Below, piece by piece: positions 38,991 through 53,066 of a stretch of DNA of 64,000 nt. The position numbers and the translations under genes were made by a program. The stretch covers positions 3,350,001 through 3,414,000 of the forward strand of contig NC_086109.1 of the NCBI RefSeq assembly GCF_963921235.1, written 5' to 3'. The notes under the pieces are model-generated. The model was not told the origin of the DNA. It made no database searches and saw only the letters and a program-made list of their open reading frames with translations. Numbering within the stretch: the first letter of the stretch is position 1; every line of letters starts with the position of its first letter. Source of the stretch: Mobula hypostoma (lineage: Eukaryota).

Positions 38991-39351
38991 GGTAGAAGAA
39001 ACTTGAGGCGGTGAGGTAGTGGAGGTGGTCACATGACACTGGGACAAGTTCAGTGATTACGTAGCTGGACCATGACCTGAAACAACAAATATCAACCATA
39101 ATAAATCTGATTCTGACTCATCACATAGTTTTGTCAAGAAGTAATTTTAGAACAATACATTATTAAGCAGCAATATCCATAATGGATATTATATAAAAGT
39201 TGGTTCATTGAACAGACACATACTTCTCTCCTCCCAGTTTCACAGCTATAAATATAAGAAGATGGGAAATAGCAGCAGCAGCTCTCCACCTCAAGTCTGT
39301 TCTACCATTCAATCAGATCACAGAGATGTTCTGTCTTGTCACCTTCCACCA

Positions 39352-39911
39352 GACAGGATCTCCCGGTAGCCACCCACTTCAACTCTGCTTCCCACTCCCA
39401 TTCAGATATGTCCATACATGGCCTCCTCTACTGCCATGATGAGGCTAAACTCAGGTTGGAGGGGCAAAACCTCATATACCGTCTAGGTAGTCTCCAGCCC
39501 CTTGGTATGAACATAGAATTCTCCAACTTCCAGTAATTCCCTCCCCCTCCCTTCCTCTATCCCTATTTCACTCTACCCCCTCCCTTCCTCTATCCCTATT
39601 TCACTCTACCCTCTCCCCCAGCTGCCTATCACCTCCCTCATGGTTCCGCCTCCTTCTTCTACTACCCATTGTTTTCCTGCCTATGACGTCCCTGCTTCCC
39701 CTCCCCCACCCCTTTGTCTTTCAAATTACTGGTCTTTCAACTGAACCTACAAGCATTCTTCAAATCCTTCCCCCTCCTTCTTTGTTCAGTCCTGACGAAG
39801 GGTTCCGGCCCGAAACGTCAACTCATCGTTTCCACTGATGCTGCCCGACCTGCTAAATTCCTCCAGCGTGAGCGTTGCTTTCATCCCAGCATCTGCAGAT
39901 TATTTTGTTAT
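39352..39911 (+). mobile_element. Penelope-like 3' fragment: GIY-YIG C-terminus plus pLTR with hammerhead motif (39788-39823)
   Basis: QDLPVATHFNSASHSHSDMSIHGLLYCHDEAKLRLEGQNLIYRLGSLQPLGMNIEFSNF; CUGACGA-A-GGGU(UCCG)GCCC-GAAACGUC. Confidence 0.85.
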
Positions 39912-41289
39912 CTTCCACCAATCAGAGCACAGAGATATTCTATCACTTCACCTTCCACCAATCAGATCACAGAGATGTTCTGTCTCCTCACCTTTCACCA
40001 ATCAGATCACAGATACGTTCGATCACTGCACTATCCCTTATTCCATCCATTCCTCTAATATCAGAAACCCTATCGATCTTTCTCTTGTGCCAAAGAAGTG
40101 CAGGCCAATAGGATTCAAAGGTCAACTGAAGGGGCAGCCAATCAGGACGGAGGGAAGCAAACAGGGGGCCAACATAAACGCAGCACTTCTAGAGAGAAAC
40201 ACCAACAACTGTGCATTGACGATGTCTCCTCGAGCGGAGAGAAACACCTGCAAGTTAATTGCCAAGCTCGGTGAACACCGCAACGTCAAAGTATTTGCGC
40301 TTTTAAATGAATGAAGATGTGCTGACGAAACCCATGCAGAACCAACCCGAGCACAGATTGAAAGAAAGAATCCACCAGTGGCTGTGGTGCAGAAGATGAG
40401 GAGATTCTGGAGTAAGGAGCATATTCACTGTGTACTGTAGGTGGTGCTGTGATCTATGTCTAAAACACTCCCAACTACTAACTCACACCTCAACCATAAT
40501 TAGTACAAACTGTCCTATCTCAGCAACGTCAAAATTATTACCAGAAACAGCAATGCATACAGATTCCTATACAGGTTGATTAATGCTATTTTTAAAAGAT
40601 TATGTGTACAGGGTTTCTGTTGCAGTTATTAAAGTAATTGTTAAGTCAATAGATTACAGTTTTGACTATAAAACAGAAATACAATTTGCTTTGGTTGAAT
40701 AAACTTTATTCCCAGTTGTTTTTCCAATACATGTTTTCAAGATTAAAGATTTTTCATGTTAATATTGTAAGAAAATACTGAAGTTTACAGGCTTATCCAT
40801 TAAATAAATTGTTTGGATTACAATGTGTAATCCTTTTTAACTGAAATCTTTGGATATGCTGAAATTTAATTCTGATAGGTAATTTAAGGAAGAAAATTTA
40901 GATGAAACCCCAATAATTCATGTCACTGCAGAATCACTGACACAGTCAATGCAATATTCCAGGGAACTTCAATGATTATTGCATCAAATGCAGCACTGAG
41001 CTATGAGAGAAGGCACCTTACAGGAGGAAAGTGAATTGGAGAGGTGGTGAGGGTTAGGAAGCGACTAGTATTGAATAATTAGATTCACCACCAGAGATCT
41101 GAGTACTGATCCCGAGAATGAGTTTGAACCCCTCTGAATGGGTTCATAATTGGGAATTAAAATTCAAGAAGTTAACTATCAGAACCATGGACCTACCAGA
41201 CTGCCATAAAAATCCACCGTTCAGCGATGTCTTTCAGTGATGAGGCTCTGTGGCCCTTACCTGGTCTGGTCTGCATGAGAATCGAGACC

Positions 41290-42730
41290 CAGCTGTGATA
41301 GCCTTACTGTGATTTGCTGAGCTGTGTGCACAATCTCTGCCGTTTCGAGTGCAGAGCAGTTGCTGTACCAAGCCGTGATGTATCTGCATAGGATGCTTTC
41401 CATGGTGCATCGATAAAAATTGGCGAGGGTCAAAGAGGACATGCCATATTTCTTTAGCTCAAGCTTTGTTGAGCTTCCTTGGCCATGACATCTACATGGT
41501 TGGACCAGGGCAGACTATCGATGATGTTCACTCCGAGGAACTTGAAGCTTTCAATCCTCTCGACCTCAACACCGTTGATGTAGACAGGAGCCCGATCCCC
41601 AATCCCCCTTCTGAGGCCAATGATCAGCTCTTTTCTTTCGCTTTGCCGGCAATGTAGGGAAAGGTTGCACTTCAAAGGTACAAAGGTACAATTTAATGTC
41701 AGAGAAATGTATACAATATACATCCTGAAATGCTTTTTCTTCACAACCATCCATGAAAACAGAGGAGTACTCCAAAGAATGAGCAACAGTTAAATGTTAG
41801 AACCTCAAAGTACCCCCCAGCTCCCCCTCTCCCACACATAAGCAGCAGCAAGCAGCAATCCCCCCTCCCCTCACCGGCAAAAGAAGCATTGGCACCAGCA
41901 CCGAGCTCTCAAGCACGAGCAAAGCAACAACAAAGACACAGACTCGCAGTTACCCCAAAGACTTTGTGTTTCACCCGGTATTCGACATACCACAGGCTCT
42001 CTCTCCCAGATAAGGGAGAAAGAGGGGTCTCTATTTTCTCAGCAAGCAGGAAGACATAACAAACAACTCACTGGTTTATGATGTTAAAGGTCCATTTCGT
42101 CAATTTTTCGAACTCCATGCCCGAAGATCGCAAAGATTCTGGGTCTCCAGGCACACAACAGATATCCCGAATGCCCCAATGACACACAGGTCTCCTATCA
42201 TGACACCAACCCTCGATCTGCCCATCTCCAGAGCCCTGAGATCCTAGTCTTCTGAATTCAAGCTGAACTCTTAGGCCAAGCCTTTGGCGTGCTAAACAAC
42301 GGCCAGTTATGAAACCCCAAAAGCGGGTCTCATTCCCACAAAGAACCGAAGTCAGCGTGTAACTCCAGGTCAGGGTCTTCAAAAGAACCCTGAAAGGGAA
42401 AAATAGAGATATTAAAGATGGAAATAGAGCTGTTTCTGAAGATGCAAGTAAATGAGTTGCTGTTAGGCACCATTAACCCTCCTAAGCTCCGCCTTCTATC
42501 ATGACACTATCTGAATCATCATTATTGAGGTTTGGCTTGTGGATGATACCACCAGAGTTAGAGCACAATCTAGCCACATGGTTGTGAGTGTACAGGGAGT
42601 AGAGTAGAGGCTGAGGACATGGTCTTGTGAGGCACCAGTTTCGAGGATAATCATGGTGGAGATCTTTACTGTTGGTTGAGACATCAAGGTCCAGTTGGAG
42701 AGGGAGGTGTTGTGTCCCAGGAGACAAGTT
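41290..42730 (-). mobile_element. Rex1/Babar-like LINE fragment split by a family A insertion
   Basis: PLLYSLYTHNHVARLCSNS upstream and PVYINGVEVERIESFKFLGVNI..FYRCTMESIL downstream of the insert. Confidence 0.8.
41672..42493 (-). mobile_element. Family A retroposon
   Basis: Colinear with 152-977 along its whole length. Confidence 0.85.
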
Positions 42731-42854
42731 TGCTTGACAAATGCCAGGATAAGTTATGGCTGAATATATTTAGACTTTCTCCAGTAATAATTGTTATAAT
42801 AAAGCCCAGCAAACTTTACTTTCTTTGTACTTGATTTTTTTTGTCCCTTAAATC

Positions 42855-43355
42855 GTGATGTACTGTGGACAGCATTCTAACTGGCTACATCACCGTCTGG
42901 TATGGGGGTGGGGGGCTACTGCACAGGACAGAAGGAAGCTCCAGAGAGTTGTAAACTTAGTCAGCTCCATCATGGGCACTAGCCTCCGTAGTGTCCAGGA
43001 CATCTTCAAGGGGCCATGCCTCAAAAAGGCAGCGTCCATCATTAAGGACCCCCATCACCCAGGTCATGCCTTGTTCTCATTGCTATCATCAGGAAGGAGG
43101 TACCAAAGCCTGAAGGTATATACTCAATGATTCAGGAACAGCACCTTCCCCTCTGCCATCCAATTTCTGAATGAACAATAAACCCATGAACACAACCTCA
43201 CTACTCTTTTTTTCTATTTTTGCACTACTTATTTAATATAAATATAACTGTAATTCACAGTTTTTTTCTCTATTATTATGTATTGAATTGTACTGCTGCC
43301 ACAAAATTAACAAATTTCACAACATATGTCGGTGAAATTAAACATGATTCTGATC
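42855..43355 (+). mobile_element. Rex1/Babar-like LINE 3' end
   Basis: ATAQDRRKLQRVVNLVSSIMGTSL..IIKDPHHPGHALFSLLSSGRRY. Confidence 0.85.
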
Positions 43356-44254
43356 GTGATTCATCAGTGTGCTCCTGCTGATGTGAAGGAAACCATGTTG
43401 ACCAGCTTTTTACTGCATCAAGCAGACTGCCTTATTTCCAACAGTTTGGTAAACGAGAAGTAAAACAGTCAATATGATTCAATTGACTGCTTGGTGGGAA
43501 ATATTGCTACGCCAGTTGCAATCTCTGTCAACTTCAAGGGTAAGACTGACAGCCCCACGAAAAATCATGGCCAGAGATTCACTAAGCTTGCAGCATAATG
43601 TTTCACAGAAAATCCATTAGATTTATTTTTGATTTCCTATAACTACAGAATTTCCAGCACAATCTTAATATATTGGGGAAGACTCAGATGATTGTAACAA
43701 TTATGTTCCTGCTTGTTTTATCTTTGGTTGTTTTTGTTGTGACAGTGGACCTTTGTGTTTGTGGATGCAGGAGAATGGCTGCTAATGCTGGGAGTATGGA
43801 TTACTGTTGTACTTTTGTCAGCCGCTATCAGCGTCAGCCACATCCCTCAACGTCGTATTGTAGAGCAAAGATCTCCTTTCGCTTTCTATTGACAATGTGG
43901 AGGAGCACGTTTTCATGACATCTTTTATATCGGGCTCAGCTCGATAACCTCCTCTTGCAATGTGGCTGGGGTTGGTGTCTCACCTTGCCGAAAAATAAAT
44001 TGCTAATTTGAAATAACAGTGATTAGCGTGGAAAAATGTTGACCTCAGCACGAACTCCCTTTCTCTCTCCACAGATTCTGCTCGGTCATCAGTGGATCTC
44101 AGCTTCTTTCCCACTGCCACATTGGGGAAGAGATACTCAGGAACTTTTCCGACTCTTTGACTAAACATTACTTTAATTAAAATAATGCCATTTTCAGTTT
44201 TGATCTGGCTGATTGGAATTCGGAATGCTTTTCCTTGGGTGCTTTTAGCAGAAT

Positions 44255-44540
44255 ATTATTTATTTATTGGCAGAATAGGCCCTTCCGGTCATTCGAGCCG
44301 CACCTCCCAGCAACCCTTCGATTTTAACCCAAGCCTAGTCATGGGACAATTTACAATGACCAATTCATCTACCAACCGGTATCTCTTTGGACTGTGGGAG
44401 GAAACCGGAGCACCCGGAGGAAACCCACCCGCAGGCACGGGGAGAACATACAAACTCCGTACAGGCAGAGGTGGGAATTGAACCCTGGTCACCTGTACTG
44501 TGAAGTACTACGCTAACCACTCTGCTACTGTGCTGCCCCG
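44255..44540 (-). mobile_element. V-SINE (HE1-like)
   Basis: gggttcaattccc B box; tgtgggaggaaaccggagcacccggaggaaaccc V-domain. Confidence 0.85.
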
Positions 44541-47500
44541 ATAGGAATTTAAATTCCTATCAGTTTCTTTGATCATTATCACGAGTCTCAGAGGTCAGTA
44601 AAGACCTCCTTTACCATCTTTACCAGGTGGTAAAAATCTCCTTTTGAGGAGGTCATGTTAACTGCGCGAGTTCCACCTGCACTCCAAGCTCTGCACATGG
44701 GAAGATACTGGCCTGGGAGGCATAACTTCTGGAATTTGAATTTAAAAATTGAAACCTCCTCTATGCATCACAAAGTTAAAAGTACAATCAAATCCCCAGG
44801 TGGAAAACAAAGTGATCTTCTGTCACGATCATTCAGCTTCAGTGTTGTTCTCACTGCCATGGCCACGGCAGAGACCAGGTCAGTGGGCAATATCTCAGTG
44901 TCTGTAGTGGTGACATTTAACCAGTCAATTACCATCAAAACCACAGAATGAGAAGGCAGTAAATTGACTTAAAAAAATTTAAAAGAAAATTAAATGAAAA
45001 GTAATGTTCATATAAAATTCCTGAAAAATACAGAGATGGTAATTTTTTGAATCGTCAAGCCAAGTTTATTCTCATTCAACTACATACATACATGTAACAT
45101 ATATAACATAATGTATATAGGAACAAGACATTTCTCCAAACCAGGGTGTAAAGCACAGTAGTACACGAAATGCACAATAACTTACGAAGGTAGAAATAAA
45201 ATCTACAGATGAATCATGCATATGCGTTAATAACAAAATAAAGTGCATAAATTAAATATTGTAAGGTACGCAACAGATTAACCAGTGACACTTCGAATAC
45301 GACGCGGCAGGGAGTTCAAAGGCCTAATGGCCTGAGGGAAGAAACTGTTTCCCATCCTGACCATTCTTGTTTTTATGCATCGGAGTCTCCTGCCTGATGG
45401 TAGATCTGCTAACGTCAGGAGATCAGGCCGCTTGGACTGTCCACAGGATTGCCCACTCACGTTTGATCACGTTGATTTATTTGCTAAAGGACTGGACCCA
45501 TCAATTCAACTAAAAAATGTGTGGAGCAGAAAGCGAGTAAAATCCTGCAGTGAAAATGTCAGCATGGCAGGGTTGGTGTGTGTACACCACTCTGTAATCC
45601 TACTCCATATCCCAATAACCCTAGTCTCTATTCCTGCATCCCAGCACATGCCCATCATTCCAAACCCTACCGGGACAGCCACAGAAAACACAGGAAAAAA
45701 ATGAATTTCAGTCTCCAACAAAATACCGTAAAGTGCAAATGAAAGCCAGTGGTGATTTCAGTTGTCACACTTTAAGGAAACTACACAAATGAAGGAGAAA
45801 GCCAGCCTAGTCCCTGGATGACCTATTTCTCTGCTGGGGGCTCCCCATCATCTCACACTCTACATGAAGGGTGGACGATTACATGTTTTGACTTTTCTTG
45901 AAACATTAATTACACACTGCCGCAGTCTGGCAGCAGAATATTACATTCTCCAGTGTACAATGCAATGTAGCATCCTGAAGCTGGCTCCCTTGGTGCTCTG
46001 TTAGTACAACTTTGTAAAACACTGGTTAGACCACAGCTGGAGTACTGTTTGCAGGTCTAGTCACCGGCACCGCAGGATGAATGTGATTTCACTGGAGAGC
46101 GAGAGGAGGAGATTGACCAGATGTTGCCTAGAATGGATAGCTTCATCTATGAGAGACTGGATATACTGGGTCTGTCTTCTTTGGTTGTAGGGCATCCTGA
46201 TCAAAATATACAAAATTATGAGGGGCTTACTTGTAGTTTGAGTGGGAAAACTTATTCCTTTGTAGAGGTCCTTTGCAGAGGTTAGAAGGAGCCAAGAAAC
46301 ATCTCAGACAGTAGTCAACAGACTGGGCTTAACGTAGTGGATGGCCAGTACTCGAAACAGTAGATACACTGTTCAAGGATCATGTGTTAGGAACTTGCTG
46401 TGGTGTTGGTCAGGGTACAACATGGACCAAAAACAACAAGATCCAACAGCTATAAAGAATAAAGACCTATATAAAAATAAAGTTAGTGGTTAACGTACAG
46501 ATACAGAACAAAATGTGCATAAATACACAAATATCAGCATATATTTGCAATGTAGGCAGCATTAAAGTGTTTACAGTGCAGTGTTGTGTTGAAGGTAATA
46601 GGAAGAGGGGGCTGGGGAGGGGCTAACTCAAATGGTTGATCAGATTAACTTCCTTGGGGAAGAAACTTCCAAGATGGTGCAAAGTTTTTGTTTTAATAGT
46701 TCTTTAGCACTAGTTACAGAACTGAAGAGTTGAAGCAAGTTCTCTCCAGACCCTAGAAATATCATACTTGTGTTGTTGAAGGAATTGGTCCACAGTTGAC
46801 CCTTCTTTCCAGCACCGGGTCTGCAGCTTGGCAGACCACGGTTCTTCAGTAGTAACACTGCTCCTTAATTGTGAGGAAAGTTTCTACCTTCTGACAGTGA
46901 GTTCCAGATCCCTACAACCCTCTGGGTGAAAAGTGTATTCCTCCTCTCCCCTCTCACCCTTCCACAAATTACTTTAAATCTCTCTCCCCTGGCTTTTGTC
47001 TTCCCCCTTCCCCCCGCCCCCACTAAAGGGAATAAGCCCAGTTCAATCTGCCTAGACCATTCATGCTCCTTTGTTCAAAATAAATCTACTTCTACAAACT
47101 CTCCGCATAGCTATAATTTTCCTGTCCTGTCACACGTTTCCAGTGAAACCATATCTGTCCTGTAATGTGGTGACCAGATGTGTACAGTGCTCAGACTGCA
47201 GTCTCACCAGTGATAAGCGGTCCCAGCTGATCCTCCTGGCTTTTACATTCTATGCTTTGGCTCATACATGATCAAATTGGCTGATATGCCTGGATTCTTT
47301 CGATTTTGTGTTTTATACTCTGTATTTCTTACTTTTTTTTTGGTTGCTGTCTGCGCGACGTGTGTTTCTTAAGTGTGGAGGGGGAGGTGTTCATGTTTTT
47401 CTTTTGAACAGGTTCCACGGTTGTCCGTGGGAACACGAATCTCAGGGCTGTACACTGCATATATACTTTGATAATAAATGTGCTTTTGAATCTTTGAATC

Positions 47501-47802
47501 TACAAAGAAACCTCCTGTCTACCTATTTAATCATCTTATTGACCTGCCCTGTTGCCTTTGTGGACAATCGCTCCCTTTATTTCTCCATACTATCCTTTGC
47601 TATTCCTCCCCAACCCCCTGCCCCCTACCTGATGCATGATACCTTCCTTCTCTGGATTAATTTCTATTTTCCACTCTTCAGCCCAACCACTGTCCAGTTA
47701 CGTTGTTACCTTTTCTAGCACTGATAACTTTGTTCATGAGACCACCTACATTTTGGTCTAAGTAATTTCTCTACTTTATGAAAAGCTGGTAACAGCCATA
47801 CA

Positions 47803-48115
47803 GTGGTGGGAGAGTCCAGAGCCAGAGGACAAGGCTTGAGAATAGGGCACCCCTTTCAAATAAAGATGAAGTGGAAGTTCTTTAGCCAGAAGGTGGTGAA
47901 CCTGTGGAATTCATTGCCACATTTGCCTGTGGAGGCCAAGTTATTGGATGTATTTAATATGGAGGTTGATAGGTTCTTGATTAGTCAAGGTGTTTAAGGT
48001 TACAGGGAGAAAGCAGGAGAATTGGTTGCGGGGGATAATAAATCAGTCATGATTGAATGGTGGAGCAGATTTGATGGGCCAAATGACAAAATTGTACTTC
48101 TATGTCTTATGGTCT
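47803..48115 (+). mobile_element. CR1/HER1-like LINE 3' end
   Basis: FFSQKVVNLWNSLPHLPVEAKLLDVFNMEVDRFL. Confidence 0.8.
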
Positions 48116-51100
48116 TCAAGCATTATCCTTCACTTCCTACTACTGAGCCAAAATTTGACCTATCATATACTCTCTTGGATGGCACATAATTTCACTTAAC
48201 TAACCAGCCTGCCATGCAGGACCCTGTCAAAATCCTTGTTAAAATCCATATAGACTACATTAAATACACTGTCCTCATCAATCCTCTTTACTGCCTTCTC
48301 AGTGAATATTACCAAACAGATCCTTGCTGACTGTCCCTCATGAGTTTGTGCCCTTCCAAATGTTTATATTGTCCCTTCTGATGGTGTCTGGTCATCTGTC
48401 CACTGGTTACACTAACCAGCCTCAAATTGTTGGACTATCCCTTTCTAAACGTGGGACAACGTAATGTCCAACCCTTTCGCATCACCTATGTACCTGGAAT
48501 GGGAAAGATAAATTATTGTCTCCTCAGTTTCCTCACTTATTTCATTTAAATTTTGAGGATATATTTCACCTGGGCCTGTGTTTTATCTATTCCCAAAAAT
48601 GTCAAATCCTTCAATATTTCCTCTGCGTTTATCCTGTAAATATTTCTTAACATATAGTATCACCCTCACACTCTCTTCCATGAAGATGATCACAAATCTT
48701 TCATTAACAATTGTACAGATAAGAGATTTGATTGATTTTAGAGCCGAGCAGAATTGGAAAGGTTGGGTTCTGACCGTATTGAGGCAATGGCGCCCAAGCC
48801 TGTGGGCAAGGAACGACTTGAGGCTTGGACAATTTAAGCACCGGGCCAAGTTGAAATGGTCGGGGTGTCAGGGTTGGAGGTGAGAGACTGGCTGGTTCGG
48901 CTCACTGATCCGTAAGGTTTACCCGACCCTGTGCTAGACTGAGGCAGTGCCCTGCACCTAATGGACTTCCGAATCGGCTGTGGAGATGCTGGTGTTGTGA
49001 ACTTCAGTTCTGAATGCTGCTTGCTTGCTTTATTGTTTGCACAATATGTTTTTTGTATTTTCTCCTCTCTCTGCAAATTGGGTGTTTGGCAATCTTCTTC
49101 TGTTTTTAATGGGGTCTATTGGGTTCTTTGTTTCATGGCTGCCTGTGAAGAGACAAATCTCAAGGTTGTATAAATTATCCATACTTTGATAATAAATGTA
49201 CTTTGATCAAGCATCCTCTACCTCCACACATCATTTACTTTCTGATGTACGTTACCCTTTCACTTAATTTTAATTCTTGTAAAACAAATACATTTATTGA
49301 ACTTAAATATTATTTGTCATATCTCTTATCTACCTGTCTTATTTCTCTTTAAAATCACTCCTCGATTGTCTTTACTCCTTCTGTACCTTGAGCTCTTGAT
49401 ATATGAATGGAAACCTATTTCTGTCTTTCTCTGCTCTTGTCATCAGGGAGCTTCTGGTAATCTTTTTGTTTACCCGAAACCCTGAGTCTCCTGCCCATTG
49501 CACTGAGACAGATTTATGTACAAGTAGTTACTTTCAGTCAGTCTACTTTTGTTAAATCGATTTGCAGCATTGTAACAATAACCTCACCCCAATTTTGAAA
49601 CTTTACTCCCATTTTAGCTTTGACTTATTCCTCATCTATGCTAAATCTAACTGAATTACGATCACGCTAACAGAAATACTCTCCTCCTGTTAGGTAGAAG
49701 AGTTAGATAGAGCTCTTAAAGATAGCGGAGTCAAGGGATATGGGGAGAAGGCAGGAACAGGGTACTGATTGTGGATGATCAGCCATGATCACAGTGAATG
49801 GTGGTGCTGGCTCGAAGGGCCAAATGGCCTATTCCTGCACCTATTGTCTATTGTCTATTGTCCTCTACACCTTCGTTCCTTAACACAAAATCCAAAGTTC
49901 CTTACCTCTTATTCAAGTAGATATACCGTCTGGCTAAAAATGTTCTGAATGAAGGTTGGGAATAATTATGCATTATTAATCTGCAACAATACATCTCCAC
50001 GGAGATTCTCTCTCCACAGCTGCACACAAAGTCATAAGAAAATAGGAACAGGAGTTGGTCACCAGGCTGCTCAAGACTCCTGTCCATTCAGTATGACAGT
50101 CACTAACGTAAGCTGATAACTTCTCTTCTGTGCAGTTCCCCACAACCCTTAATCACTCAATCTATCAAATGTTTATCTGCCTTCAAATTAAGTATATATA
50201 ACGTCCTAGACCCCAGCACCCTTAGGAGCAGAAAATTTCAGAGATTCACCTCAATGATCAAAGTCAAAATTGCAAGTAAATTTTATTATCAAAGTATACA
50301 AATGTCACCATAGACCACCCTGAGATTCATTTTCCTGTGGGCATACTCAGCAAATCTATAGAATAGTAACTGTAACAAGATCAATGAAAGATCAACCAGA
50401 GTGCAGAAGACAACAAACTGTGCAAATGCAAATATAAATAAATAGCGAGAACATGAGATAATGAGATAAAGAGACCTTAAAAGTGCGATCATTGGTTGTG
50501 GGAATATTTCAATGATGGGGCAAGTGAGTGTAGTTATCCTCTTTTAATCAAGAGTCTTTTGGTTGAGGGGTAGGAACTGCTTTTGAATCTGGTGGTGTGA
50601 GTCCTCCCTTTGAAAGAAGAAACTTTTACACACCTCAGTTTTAAATAACTGGTCCCTTTTCTTGTACTCTCAACCCCTTGTTCGGGACACTAGATCTACT
50701 GAAGACATGCCAACATCCACCCTGTCAAGCCCACTTAGGACCATAAGACCATATGTATTTGAATACGGTCACCCCTCATTCTTCTAAACTCCAAGGAATA
50801 CAGACCCAAACTGTGATGCCTCACTTGACAGGACAATCCAGCTATTCCAGGCATTACCCTGGTAAAACCCTTTTGAATGAACTCCAATGTTACTATAGTA
50901 GATCATTTACTATGTAAGGGGACCAGAAATATGCGCAGTATTCCAGGTGTGGTCTCACCAGTTTCCTCTACCATGTAACTAAACTTCACTGTTCAAAACT
51001 CCAACCCCTTCATGATGAAGGCCAACACACTGTTTCCATTCTGAACTACTTATTGGACCTGCTTTGCTAACCTTTTAGAACTCTAGATTCTTCTGAACTT

Positions 51101-53066
51101 CACTCAGTTTCAGTCTCTCCTGGTTTAAATAATGATGCAGTTTTTGATTCCTCTTACTGAAGTTCATGACCTCACGCTTCCACATATTAAAATGCATTTG
51201 CCTTGTTTTCACCCAAACTCTCAGTCTAGATGGATCCATCATTGCAAGGCCCTTAGCATTGTCAGTGATCCCTCCCATCCATTCCACAATCTCATTGCTC
51301 CCCTACCATCAGGCAGGAAGTACCATAGCATTAGGGCAAGGACTGTTAGGATGGGAAACATCCAGCCTGTGAAACTTCAGAACTCCTACCACAACCTGGC
51401 TCTCATCACTGATGAAGCACAATAACATCATACTGTTTACTTTTTAGCTTGTGTCGTAAATGCACCTTATGCTAAATGTCAGTTTTCTGGAATATATTTT
51501 ATTATTTGTTAATTTATTTGTGGTAATATCACTCGATGTGTTGTGTGTGGATTGTACGTACTGTGTGGTGCACCTTGCTCTGGAAGAATGTGATTTCGTT
51601 TGGTGGTGTACATCTATATTAAATGACAATAAACTTGAATTTGAACTTCAGAACCAGAATGTCCTCATCACACATGCCCTTCCACCTATTTCTGTATCAT
51701 CAGCAAACTTGGAAACTTGACATTTCATTCATTTTACAGGTTATTAATGTAAATAGTGTACAGTTGAAGGCCAAGAACTAATCCCTGGGGCACTTCACTA
51801 ATTACATCCCTCCAGCCTGAAAAGAACCATTTCTTCCATGGTCCATTCTCCATCTGATAGACAGTTTCCAATCTAAGCTAACACGCCTCCACCAATTCCT
51901 GGTGCTCTCAATTTATGTAACAGCATCTTCTGTGGCAGCTTTCCAAAAGCCTTTTGGAAATCTAAATGGAGTGAAGAAGGTTATCTAAGATTACAAGAAA
52001 TCTAAATCAATTGGGAAAGTGGGCCAAAGGTTGGCAGATGGAATTTATCTCAGACTAGTATGAAGTGTTACATTTTGGGAAGTTAAACAGGACAGGACAT
52101 ACACAGCAAATGACAGGGCACTGGAGCCCTGGAGAGTGTTGTAGAACAGAGAAATCTAAAAGAACAAGTGCATAGTTCCTGAAAGTGGTGACAGGGGTTG
52201 ACAGGATGCTGAAAGCATTTGGAACGCTGGCTTTCATCGCTCAGGGCATTGAACATAAGCGTTGGCGTTTCATGTTATAACGGTTCAGGATGCTCAATGG
52301 TTCAAAGGTTGAAAGGTGCAAAAGTTCATTTTAATATCAGAGAACGAATATGGCATACATCCTGAAATTCTTACTCTTCACAGACATCCATGAAACAAGG
52401 ACCCCATTAAATGAATGATAGCAATATTGAAGCCCCTGAAGCGCCCCACAGGCACTAGCGGTGATGCTGTGCAGAATATTGTGTGCAGATTCCGGTCGCC
52501 CAGCTATAAGAAGGTTGTCATTAAGCTGGAAAGGGTGCAGAAAAGATTCTCAATGATGTTACCAGACTAGGGGAGCAAATAAGGCAAAGGGCTGGCATGG
52601 ATGTGATGGGCCAAAGGGCCTGTGTCAACCATGACTGTAACAAAAACATGATTCATGTAGGATCAGTGTAAATGATGGTCAGCATGGGTTCTGTGGGCCG
52701 AAGGGCCTGTGTCTGTGTTCTATCACTCTATGATTGTGACTGTGATGACAGACTGGTTCAGGGATAAGGCATCATTCTGAGACTGGCAGGTAGAGAGCCT
52801 CAATGTGTTTTGAAGTATTTATAAATAGCAGGGATTGTGGGACAGCAAATTATAAACACAAGAGATTCTGCAGATGCTGGGAATCCAGAGAAACACAGAC
52901 AAAATGCTGGAGGAACTCAGCAGGCCGGGCGGTTACTGCTTGTTACACTGCTGGCTTCTAGGGCAGCGAAGGGTCCTCCTTCTCTACCTGTCCTGGGCCA
53001 CCTTCTTCACCGTGCCCCAGATGTGACCCCGAATCCTCATTTCTGCCTCTACGGTATGGCGCCAAG

